Shown piece after piece: positions 47,969-59,507 of a stretch of 64,000 nucleotides of DNA (position 1 is its first letter; the number at the start of each line of letters is the position of its first letter). The stretch comes from Phallusia mammillata (taxonomy: Eukaryota). The position numbers were made by a program, and so were the translations under genes. The notes under the pieces were generated by a model. It saw only the letters and a program-made list of their open reading frames with translations, had not been told where the DNA came from and made no database searches. The DNA is taken from assembly GCA_965637545.1 (NCBI GenBank), contig OZ281494.1:17298001-17362000 (forward strand), written 5' to 3'.

Positions 47969-50900
47969 TTATGATTTCCCATTGGCACAATCACCAACTT
48001 TCATTTCTTGTACCGACTCCGAAAGTTGCTTTTTATCTCCCTTTTTCTTTTTTTTACCAGAGGATTGTGGTAATGGTGGGAAATCTTCACAGCATTTGTA
48101 TCTATCCAGCCTTGTAAACTGATCAATCACGGCTTTGTCCACCTGGAAAATAAAGCCAGTTTACTTTCTTACTCTAAAAAGAAACACGGAAAGTTTGAAT
48201 GTCTCTTAGGTCAGTGGTTCTCAACCACCGGTCCGCGTCAACTTTCCTGCCGGTCCACTAAATATATTACAATTTTACGTCTCCATTACAAAATGCGAAA
48301 TAGTGAAGGCTTGTCCTAAGAAATACAACATCCAATTTTAAACCGATTTAGAATTTCTCATGTTCCGTAATTTGCAGCATTGTGACAAAAGACAAAGTTC
48401 AGAGTCTACTTTGGACGATGTCGTACGTCATACTGCTGTAAGTGTGGTGCCAAAACGTTTAAAAGTGCAACTCATTTAAGTCCAGTTGTATGTGAAAGCT
48501 AAAAACTTTTCAACGAAATTTAGCAAAATTAAGTTAAGCAGAGTAAACGACAAAGTATTATCAAGTTCTTTAAACAAAAAACTGTCCAGGCATAAAGACT
48601 TTGTCACAATTTTGGATTTCGCTTAAAAACGAATACACTGCAGTAACAAAGCAATGAATTTGCTGCTGATTTTTTTACAATTTACTTATCTGAGAAAAGC
48701 TTTTCGTTGTTATCTCTTATCAAGACCAAACAGAGGAATAGGGTGGAAGTCAACGCTCTACTACGCCTTGCAGAAAATTTATTAGAACCGCGTTTACCAT
48801 GTATGATATTAAACAGACAGCAGCAAACCTCTCTGAATTTTTACTTCTTTTGAATTGCATATTTTTGTTTTAATTACATTTTGGGTTGATTTTGAAAGCC
48901 CACCGGTCCGCCAAATTTATTTTGAAAGTTTACTGGTCCGCAAACTTAAAAGGTTGAGAACCACCGTCTTAGACAGCGCAGCAGAGGATGCCTCAAAATA
49001 GTCAACATCACAAACTCATTCTACAGGCTTGACACCAGTGTACTCGGAAAAGCATATCAGTTGTGCTTACCAATACTGCAACACACATTTCTTGTCCTAA
49101 TACAAATTAGAACTTAATGGGCAGATTCAAGTGTTTTGAATTAGGTAAAGGAAATTACCTTGGCTCTGCATTCTTGGTGTAAAGCTACAAGATCTTGAAG
49201 AACTTTGATTAGCCTTTGCTTTAATTCACCAGTTAACATTTTTCCTGATGAATAATCCTTAAAAAAAAAACAATGTTACCTTTTGGAAAGCCAACACATT
49301 TTTTTGCAAACATTATTTGAAGTTTACTTTTCTGATTTGTTCCAACTCCTCATCATCTTCAAGAAAGAATTCTAGGTATTGGAATGAAACATCCACATCA
49401 CAGTTTCCACCATACTGACGATGTTCTTCAATCGTATCTCGCCCACCAGAGTAGGCATATTTATTTATCTGAACAACAATCACCAACCCAATGCAAATAC
49501 TATGATTTAGCAAATAGCTTAAGTAGCCTATGTTTTAAAAGATATACACAAGCTCCAAGATAATTTTGTTGAAATGTACACTCTAAAAGTGGATTAGGCT
49601 TTATTTTATTACCTTTTTCTTAATTTGTGCTGCAGTGTCAGTTAAAAAAATTGATGTGTTGGGATCACTTGCACTCATCTTTGTTTGTGCCCCTTGTAGT
49701 GCAGGAAAGAAAACAGAATGTAACAGAGCAGGTTTTCTGTAATGCAAGCGTGGAGCCACATCCCTGGTCATCCTAAAGTATGGATCCTAAAAGCAGCAAG
49801 AAGTTATTTAATCGTTTCTCTTTTTTTTTCAATTAAAATGTGTTTATAAAACCACTGCACAGCTAAGCATACAAAATATGTAACTATTGGTAGAGCGTTG
49901 TTACAACTATGAATAGCTTCGTAAAACTAGCAATTTACTTGGTCTATTGCACATGGAATTAGACAAGCGATGTCTTTTCTTCCATTAAATATATGTGGAA
50001 AACTGGATGAAAAGGAGGGTGCTGCTTGAATTGCTGGAAAACTTATTTTTCCTGTTGGAATATAAAATACATGACGCTTGTAAACATCAACGAAAAGATG
50101 CATCTCACAAATACATTTCCAACAGTTCCTGTTGAATTTAAACAACAATCACCATTCTTACCAATGCAATCGCTGTCTCCAAATCCGAAAATTCCCTTCA
50201 CTTGGTTAAAGGTGACACATTTTTCAATTCTCTTCATGTTCCAGTAAAATTCTTTGCTTGACCTGAAGTTTAGAAATAAATCACAAAAGTAGAACTAAAC
50301 CCTTTCAACAAAGTATTTAAACAAACCCAATGTAGTTTAGGTCAGAAAATATGAAAGTTTTTTCAGGGTTAAATCCACAGGCAATGATGTCTTTGGTATT
50401 TTCCCAAGAAAGCGATTCACACTCTTCAAGTGTTAGGTCTTTCCACAAAAACTTTTCATCATCTGTAAGCTGAATCACGAGAGGGACATCAAATGTTTCC
50501 TGCAAATATCTACCAAAAGTAAAACAAATTGGAATTTTGCTATACAGGATTTTGCATTACTGTTTGACAAATGACAACTGAATAAGACAGCAAACTGAAT
50601 GCTGCAAATAATACCTTACTATCAAATTAAATTAAAATTCTGTTGTATTATTCACAAAATAAGTACAAATGTACAAAACCCTTACTGAGTCATAACAAAC
50701 GGAATGAGATGACCAAGATGCATTGCCTGTGATGAAGGACCTCTTCCAGTGTAGAGATAAAATGGTTTGTTTTGCTCATAAAGTGTCAGGATTTCATCAA
50801 GCTGTCTGAGGATTAACACACAATATGATAGTTTTGCAGCTTTGTGCAACCTGCAGCCCACAGGCTACTATGGTCCACTGAAAAAGGGTTGTGGGGCGTA

Positions 50901-51771
50901 TGGGGATGATATGAATTTTAATTCATGTGAGGTGCTTTTAACTGTGGGATGTAGAGCTGCGAGCTATTCCAATTGTGGTTTCATTTCTAGGCAGATCAAA
51001 TCAAACTGCATACGTTGCAATAGTTTCAACGTTTCAAAAAACAGAGTTGCTGCAAATAGTGCAGTCAGATTAGATAATTGAATGATAAACAAAGCCAGTA
51101 AATAGCACAGTCAACTGGCATTTTCAAAATAAACACACAGTAACTACCACTAACCACTAATGTTTCCTATGTTCAAAACAAATGGTTCTACCAACAACCA
51201 CTAATACCTACTCCGTTAAACAAATGGTTTCCTCATTATTTAAAAATTTAAATGTGAAGTAAAAACTGCTACTGACAAGGTAATGGGTGGTGGGACATAA
51301 TTATTATCGGCCCTAAAGGTTTTCTTTTACACATCATTGCATACTACCTCACAGGTTTCAATGCAATGTGTACATTTAAAAAGTATATTAATATGGATGA
51401 CATTACACAACAACAATTGTTAACCTGCTGACCTGTGAGAAAAGAAGATGCCTCGTTTCAAAAACGGATGCACTTTTTTGCCTCTAGCAGTGACAATCTT
51501 CTCAAATCGCGCCAATACAGCATCATCGATTTTAGATGATCCAAAACGCTCTAAATACAAAGTTATGATCATGCAATTTGCAAATCTCTTAAATGGGCAA
51601 TGGACAAATACAGTCATTTATACACTGCATTTTAAACATTTAAATGTTTGTGTGGTTCATACCAATTAACTTGTCATAATCAACACCCTTGTCACTTGAT
51701 GATTGAACTTCCCATGGATTTACAACATCTTGCTCAACTTTAGGTTGACTCGATTTATCATTTTCTGTCAT
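47969..51771 (-). CDS. WARS1: Cytosolic tryptophanyl-tRNA synthetase, 443 aa
   Basis: Exons 51771-51663, 51550-51433, 50805-50686, 50509-50327, 50262-50162, 50051-49939, 49786-49613, 49468-49328, 49257-49159, 48142-47969. Motifs [36 protein letters not shown] (HIGH-like), [33 protein letters not shown] (KMSKS-like), [22 protein letters not shown]. Confidence 0.96.
48212..48966. mobile_element. hAT (Buster-type) MITE in the last WARS intron
   Basis: TIRs cagtggttctcaacc / ggttgagaaccaccg; TSD tcttaggt / tcttagac (6 of 8 match); ccggtccgc subterminal repeats at both ends. Confidence 0.8.
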
Positions 51772-51927
51772 TATTATGTAACATTAAATCAAAGCAATGC
51801 ACAAAATCTGCAAAAAAAAACAACTGTTAAAAGCCAAAAACCTAATTTTATTATGCAGTAATTGCCATGATGGATAGTACCCATAAAAATGATACAGCCA
51901 AGGCATCTACATAAAGTCGTTTGTCAT

Positions 51928-52050
51928 TAGTGATGGGATGAGTACCCGGTACTCGGTATCGAACAATTTCAGTAGTATCGATACTCGTACTCGGTATCGA
52001 AATATTTGACCTCAGTTTTTGATACCGAGTAAGAGTATCAAAGACCGGTT
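51928..52050. mobile_element. Left end of a TAGTGATG-terminated hAT-like MITE
   Basis: tagtgatgggatgagtacccggtactcggtatcg followed by repeated gtactcggtatcga / gataccgagt motifs. A possible weak right end (caccacta, ~52967) has no matching TSD. Confidence 0.45.
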
Positions 52051-52067
52051 TACACTATAAGAATATG

Positions 52068-52324
52068 CCAGTCTGCAGAACATGGCAGTTCCCGACGAGA
52101 TCTCGTGTGTGCAGGACCTACATGTCCCGCATGCGCGCGTGCACAACCCGTAAGTTCACATGCAAGACCAATTTCAGCAGGCGCAAAGCAAGTAAAAGAG
52201 GTCAAGACAGCCCAATTAAATGCCTTTGGTGCAAAACTTTCGCGTGCAAACCCCAAAACTTGGCGTGCAAAAATTTTTTTTCAAAAAAAAATCGCGCGTG
52301 CAGCTGCCACACTCAGCAGACTGG
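52068..52324. mobile_element. 257-bp MITE with CCAG termini and 8-bp TSD, superfamily uncertain
   Basis: Imperfect TIR ccagtctgcagaacatggcag vs the reverse complement of ctgccacactcagcagactgg; perfect TSD agaatatg (52060-52067, 52325-52332); internal cgtgca repeats. Confidence 0.75.
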
Positions 52325-53182
52325 AGAATATGGACAACTTTTTGCAATCTAACCTACAAAATATTACAAATTTAAATGAATAACGCAAAAACTCCCAAGA
52401 CTTTTTGTGCTGGTAGAACTAAAATTCTTTTTGGGCTGATTCCTGTATCGAATATACATTCATTTCAAAACACTTCTTTCATGTGTATACTGGCGCTGGC
52501 CTCTGCAAAAGATATCATATTAACTTGACATAACATAAGTAGAAGTTTACTGTGCACTTTTAGTAAAATATATTTAACATTTCAGTTGCAATGTATTCAC
52601 CGATCTATAGTTTGTTACTTTGTTTAACAGTATACTTGGTGACTACTGACTATTATCCTTACTGGTTATTGAGGAGTGTAACTCGTACACCAGCCGTCTG
52701 TGACAGATAATACTATGTTTACATATTATTCAGTAACCTTTTAGGATGACGAAACATTACAAATGGCATTCTATTCGCTTTTAGGGTGCACGACCAATTC
52801 ATCCAACAACGAAAGTTCTAATTTTAGTTCCGGAAAGTGATCCTGAAATACGATATCGTTTCGTTTTTAAACGTACATAATACTAAGTATAAAACTATAA
52901 ATCATACTATCCTCGATCTGATCGTAAAACTTAACCCAAACCCTACCCGATACTTTGTTCACCACTAATTAACAAATAATTGAGCTAATAACAGCTGGAC
53001 ACCTCATAACACAGACGAACACTACACGTGCCGACACACACACACATGGCCCACGTCACGCTTCGTTGATCAAAGATAGGCAGGTGTCGAGTGTCGACAC
53101 GAAAATATCAAAAAACAACATCAAGTCTTTTCAGGGTATGTAAAGACTATGGCTACATGTCGTTACTAATTAGACTGTAGAG

Positions 53183-53494
53183 CAGGTGTGGGCAACCTTT
53201 GTTACTGTGGGGCCAATTACAAATGTCAAAGTTGGGTCGCGGGCCGCACCTGTGTATAACACAAAAGTAATTTTGCTTTGTTGCTTCAACTTGCTTACCA
53301 AATATACTAAACTACACGTATAATTCGTAATTGATTCTCGCCACATTTTGCCAGGTCGCAGAAAACTAGCAACAGGCGCATTAATCCGCTCAAAAATAGT
53401 TAATAATTGGACTCGTTTGCCAGTACTTTTAGAATCCAAGCGTCTCTGCGGGCCGCACAACCTTTAAAGAAGGACCGCAGGTTGCCCACCACTG
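53183..53494. mobile_element. hAT (Buster-type) MITE
   Basis: TIRs caggtgtgggcaacct / aggttgcccaccactg; perfect TSD ctgtagag; gcgggccgca subterminal motifs. Confidence 0.88.
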
Positions 53495-54131
53495 CTGTAG
53501 AGCATCAAACGTTATCTTGCTATGGTGTGTTGGTTGCTTTGCATTAAACGTTGCGTAGCCTGAAGGCCTGGTTTGGAAAAAGCCACAAACTCAGATCCTG
53601 CTACCAAATTTTCCGCTTTTACAACATTCATTAGCTGTGATTAGGATGTCGCAACATTGCGAACGAATCCAAATCGCCAGCTATACAATGACTTTAATTG
53701 TTTCTTAAGACACAAGCTGGTCTGAGATTCCGGTTGGGTTTCACACGCGGAGATTGAGAAGCTCACTTTGAACTTTCGCAAAGCGGAATTTACACCAGAC
53801 GGTTGGAATTCGGCATGTTTACTTTTTTGGGAACGTTCAGTTTTACTATGCGAATCAGCAGCAGGTCTCTGCTGTCGCACAAAGACTGCGTATAGCCAGT
53901 GTTTTTTTAAAGTTGACAGTACCTAAAAAGAAAAGCATTCCATGATGAGTGTGTTTTATTGTAAGCAACAAATGTGAAAGAATGCAGCAAATCAACATCT
54001 GCCACTTTAAAACAAGTATAACGCTCTTTTGTGCAGCACCCTCTTCCGCCCCCAGGCTCATCTCTTCCTTGATCTGCCCTACAATTAGCATTGGCAACTT
54101 CCCACGCTTTTCGTGTTAAGATACTCCCCAA

Positions 54132-57100
54132 TCACCTGTGTTGCAGAGAATATTTTCCTCGTTGCAACTGGTGAAAATGGAGTTTGGATTTTGTGCCATT
54201 GGTCTGTTTCACTAAAACATCACTGTGGCTGATACCAACAATTGTTCCCCTGAAAAATAATTATATTTTTAGACCAAAATTAATCCATTTTGTGCAATAT
54301 AGTTTAGTTCATTCATCTTTTTAAAACAGATCACCCATCACACTAATGATACAAATTAACTTTAGGTGTTTTAGCCAGAAAGAGCTTAGGTGACAAAACT
54401 GTTATTGATGAATCTTGTTGTTAACCTTGTAGTTGTGTCTCCATTTTTTATTGCTACCAACTGTCCTTGTTGGAAATGCTTGCCAGCATAAATCAATTTG
54501 CCATCTTCATATCGGCAAGGTAGACGTTTTTTAAACCCTGTTTGGTGATGACAAATGAAACTTAGTGAAAGTAGGGTAAATACACACTGTAAGCATATTT
54601 GCAAAAATATTGCGAGCTACCACAAATGTTTTATGAAGTCAATTAGACATCATGTAGCTGTACCTTAAGTAAAAGTAGCTAAACAAATTTGAATAGTGCT
54701 TTTCAAGTAGTGTCAAAAACAAAATGCATTTACTTCCATTTTCTAATGAAAACACTTCAAGCCAAAGCATAAAAAGAACGCGAAATAACTAGTCAATTAT
54801 ATATACCTTTTGATGTGTTTTTGTGTCGTTGACTCATACTTAATGCCATTTTAATAGCTGTCCAGTCATCCACAATATCTGCATCTTTGAGCATGTAAAC
54901 AATATAGGGGCGTAAATTTAGGTTGTCAAGGAAACAACTTAACAATCCCATGAAAAACCTTAAAATTGGAGTAGATTTACTATGTTGTTTATCAAGTTGG
55001 TAACTAGATACACAGAAAAACACACATGTTAAACAATATTGTCTTTAAACAACATTATTATGAAATACATCTAATTGAATATATTATACATGTCAACAGA
55101 TTTTATTAAAATGACAGATTTACTCTGTTTAGTTTATACACATGTCAACAGATTTATTTTATATGCAATAGTTAAAATTTGATTCCTGACAACAAAAAGG
55201 ATATCTGTAACAGTGACAGGTTTTTTTCTTCTCTTTGTGGGTCCAAAACTAAACACTTGTTCACTTTCTTCTTTCCTTTTCAGTTTCTTGCCCATTTTTA
55301 TATCAAAGTCCTCAATGGCAAATAGTTCAGTGGAAAGATCAACGTTGTTGCGATCCTCCTCAAGTCGATGGATTTTCTCATCAAACTCTGACTGAATTTG
55401 CTCAGTCAGCATTTTTTTCTCATTCTACAAACATGTTTAATTTGGTATTTTGGTGTTTGAATTACAACTAGAATGGTGGCTTTCTGATATACTTCCATTT
55501 TATATATTCTATATGATATTTGCCAAGTTACTATACACATCATTTGATCTACACATATGATTGTTTTTGTAAACAAAAACGAATGGGTCCCCACACGCGT
55601 GTTTGTGCGGATTTACGGTAAACAAACGTTGCGGTGATTTTTAGATTTTTAAGGACAAATTTTTAGAAAGCATTAACCCAACAATGAAAATTTTTGTTCG
55701 TATTCTTTTTGCACTATTATTGTCATATAATTACAAAAACATTAAAAAAGAACGAACAAAATAATTTCAATTGATTCTCTTGCTTTGACCCAGATATTGT
55801 CGTCCAAGGTCAGGTTTTAAACACATTTTTTTTTCTAGAAAGCTGTAACAGTTGTGTTACAGACACTTTGAATTAAAAAGCAATTTGCTACAAGTGTATA
55901 CATAACAAATTGTTTTTCATTTAACTTTGTTTCGCAAAACGAGCACCATTGACCTGTGGTAACCTCTCAGGGTGCACATGCCAAACGACTGTTTGACCTT
56001 TCAACACCGTTTTCAATAGCACGCCGTCCTTAGTGTTCAACAACACCGTTTAACCTAATTTATACATGCCTTGAGTATTGATTCCTAAATTGATTGCAAA
56101 AAAACGCTACGTTATGATGAAAGAAAGTTCTGAACTGTGTTAGTAATACCTACTAGTTGACCTTAAGTAACCCGTGGTCATGCGGCAGCCAACCTGACGA
56201 GCATTTAAAAAAACATTTATCTTGCAAAAATGTCAAGTTTATTTTTTCATCTTTATTTTGATTAACAAAGTTTTGCTGGACATATACGAAACCGAAGCAC
56301 GCTTACTAGGTTTAAATCATGTCATAGGTGTGAAACCTTAACATGTCATAGGTGTGAAACCAAAACTTAAATTGTGAGTAATAACTTAATAAAACGAAAT
56401 AGCATTGCAGTGCAAAACAGCTGATTTCTAATCACCGAAACGGCGTCTCGTAAAACGTCTGTCCGACGTCAAGCTGAGCCCTCCTGCTATCGTAAACCAG
56501 TGAGTTACTCTCTTGGGACTTCTGCCTACAGTGTCTTTCTTGACCAAACGAGCATTAGACACATTTACGTTTCGGGGGCCTGTGGGTGAACCGCTTGGTA
56601 ATTCGGGGTCAAACTTCTGGAGGATCAAGTTTGGATTAATAACTAACATGTGTCCAAATTTGAATAAATTTGACACACTCTTTCTTTACCAAACGAGCGT
56701 TACAAAACCAGCATTAAAAAATGTACATTTCGGGGTCCTGTGGGTGAACCGCAGGGTAATTCAGGGTCAAACTTCTAAAGGATCAAGTTTGGATTAATAA
56801 CTAACATATGTCAAAATTTGAATAAATTTAAAGCACTCTTTCTAACCAGCGTTAGACAGAAAAAAGAAAAAAAAATACGGACAAAAACAATATGTGTCCC
56901 CTTCATGGAAGGGGACCCATAAATATTACTGTAGCATTTTTGTACATACATTGAGATGTTGTGTGTTTGCTTTTTTGTCAGCTTCCAGCACAGTTTGCAA
57001 GGATTCCACCCTTAATCTTCGTTGTAAATCAGAAACCTAAAAAAATACACAACGAATTTTCTTTTCAGCTTAGTCAAGTCTTTCATGTTATTTTACCACC

Positions 57101-58342
57101 AACAAGATTACTTTCTGAACTTGGTGACAAAAAATGCCCTCGAAAAATCTAGTGTTTTATACCTGTAATCTAATTTGTTTGCTTTTCTCTAAGGCCTGAA
57201 CCTGTTGCAAATATTCTGGAGCTGTGCCAGAATTTACTTCATTGAGTTTTTTAGTAATCTGTGTGTGTCGTTCCCTGTAGAGCCTGTACAAATTTCAAAT
57301 ATTAGGACAGCACAATGCTGATAAAAAGGAGATCTTACTGGTCACGGATGTCCATGAACTGCTTTTCTATTGTAGTCATCTCTCCTATGCATTGTGATCT
57401 TCTTCTATTGCATTCCTCTTCATCAAGTTCAGAGCTTTCTGCTTCTGATTCATCTTCCTACATGACATGCATTCAAGCATTATAAAGGGCCATTGAAATA
57501 AAAATAAAAAAGAGGTCATAGTTATGTGAAAGTATTGACATAAAATGGACAACTTTCAAATTTTGTTTGCTACTGACAACATTTCATTGCACAAGTTTGC
57601 TTTGTAACACGTTAAGGTTTGTATATTTCTGTCTGATAAGTTTAATAAGCCACACTTTTCTATCATTATGGTATCCTAAAGTAAATGCTGTAGCAATTAT
57701 CCAAGAAATTTTTATCAAGCAATGATTGGATACAGTTTTCAATTGCAGATGCAATAAATTTTTACAACCAAATTCTGTCACGAAAAAACACACTTTTTAA
57801 TTAGTTTTAAGATACTATTATTTCTTCTGTGCAATTGGTTGGCCATGTAGAAGCTTTGTACACAAACCTTTACATATTCACAAAAACATGTCATGTTGTT
57901 GACAACAGCAAAGCATTGTGTACACCAAACTTGCAGTTAAAAATGTATCTGATGGATTCATGGCCACAATAATTTTTAGCAAAGCTATTAAATTTTGGCA
58001 TATGTTAGTTTGTTTACATCAACTTACATCTTCATCAGAAGATGACGAAGAAGATGAAGAGATTGGTGGAGAAGAATGCTCATGGCAACCTTGGTCTGTC
58101 TGCTCATCAGCCAGCATGTTTTCTGTATGAGACTTAATCACATTGTGTGTGCTAGAAGTCATCTCAAAAGACTTCGATGCTGTCCCAAAATCAGAAACTG
58201 AGGCGGAAAATGTTGTAAGAATTTGTGACACTTCTTCTGTGGCTGATTTCTCCTTGCTAGCCTCTGTTTCGGACTGGTAAGATGAACTTTTATTCTTAAG
58301 TTCATCTTTATTTAATGCTTTATTGGAGTTTTCTGCATCCAT
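54132..58342 (-). CDS. BRMS1L: BRMS1/BRMS1-like Sds3-family subunit of the Sin3-HDAC complex, 398 aa
   Basis: Exons 58342-58028, 57457-57339, 57283-57163, 57036-56950, 55424-55205, 54911-54807, 54537-54426, 54249-54132. Motifs ESSELDEEECNRRRSQCIGEM, QLYRER, TAPEY, RLEEDR, KKPVTVTGPYIVYML.D.DIVDDWTAI; C-terminal QLQRGKYSLQH resembles BRMS1L. One intron is AT-AC. Confidence 0.92.
54912..55204 (-). other. U12-type (minor spliceosome) AT-AC intron of BRMS1L
   Basis: 5' splice site ATATCCTTT, branch site TTCCTTGAC (plus 54925-54933), 3' end ttAC; splicing restores VTVT-G-PYIVYML in frame. Confidence 0.92.
56318..56361. repeat. 20-bp direct duplication
   Basis: catgtcataggtgtgaaacc at 56318-56337 and 56342-56361. 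Confidence 0.8.
56388..56922 (+). mobile_element. Helitron/Helentron-associated non-autonomous element (HINE-like) with internal ~150-bp tandem repeat, in a BRMS1L intron
   Basis: Two full tandem units plus a partial third start at 56534, 56679 and 56837. The 3' end reads aaaaacaatatgt + GC-rich hairpin gtccccttc-atg-gaaggggac (56896-56916) + ccataaat. The left boundary is approximate. Confidence 0.5.
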
Positions 58343-58606
58343 TTCTTTAGTTAAGTAAATACGTTTACAAATACCACAAAAACCTGTAACTCAAAAAGGG
58401 TAATTTGTCACTTTACATGGTTGTAACATCAACAATATGTTGCAACTGTCAGTTCAGTATTTACTTCAAAAATTATAGTTTAAGTAAATCTTCTCCCTGT
58501 GCTCAAATTGAATTGATGCATTTGGGCAACAGTAAAGTAAACAGATATAATATTTTATGTTAAAAAAACTTTTTCACATAAAAAACTGCAACCAGTTAAG
58601 CAAGAC

Positions 58607-58969
58607 TAGGGTTCCTCTATTTCTCGACTTTTTCGTTTCTTGAGAAACGAGAAATTAAAAATCCATTTCTCGAGAATGTGGAGAGTCTCGAAATTTTTAT
58701 TTAAGCCGATTTTCTAACAAAAACAAACAAAAAAATTTCCGATTGTACGTTTTTTCGCTTCTAGTAGTGATCGCAAGTAGTGATTCGCTAGCAAACCAGC
58801 AAAAACCGAAGCGACTGTTATAGATCTTACGCAAGTAACGCAACCAGGCGTGACTACTGCCTGGGAAAGGTGAAAGTTTAGCGGCAACGCACGCTAAAAA
58901 ATTTTTCTCGAGAAATTTTTATTTATTTCTCGAGAATCGAGACTCGATATTTCTCGAGAAGGAACTCTA
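58607..58969. mobile_element. hAT MITE with TAGGG termini and TTCTCGAGAA palindromic repeats
   Basis: TIRs tagggttcct / aggaactcta; perfect TSD agcaagac (58599-58606, 58970-58977). Confidence 0.88.
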
Positions 58970-59507
58970 AGCAAGACCAAATCAGAAACATATGTATGTA
59001 AACATATAACTGCAGTTTATAACATGTGCTGTCTGTGCAGTGTGCAGACATTCCACACTTGACACAAGACACAAGCATGCCATTGGATTCAAATATAGTA
59101 ATATAACACAGTTGGTTCTTAAACTTTGCTTACATGTATTTCTGTTTTTAGGGTGCATTTTTTACATGTTTTTATGTTATGTTGATGGCACACATAAAAT
59201 ACCCAATTTAAGCTTTTTTTAAGCATTTTTAGTTTTCATGGTATCGCCAGTTATCATTGTAACAAAAATTCCTATAGTCAGGCTCTCCATTCAGTTACTT
59301 TGAAGATATTTATTCAAAAAACCCTCTAGAATATTTTCTTTGACAATTTTAGTTGCATATTATTTGACTTTTGTCATCATATTACATTGACACGTGTTTC
59401 AAACATGACAAAATGTGTAGTTTAATGAACAGAGTTTATGTAATAAAGTTAATCTAAATTGTAACTGTGTCTGCTCTGCTGACCTACATCTCTCTTTCTA
59501 TTCTGAA

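Noticed and set aside
51928-52967. Single full-length element from tagtgatg to caccacta
   Set aside because: Only a weak 8-bp end match and no TSD; reported as a left-end remnant only.
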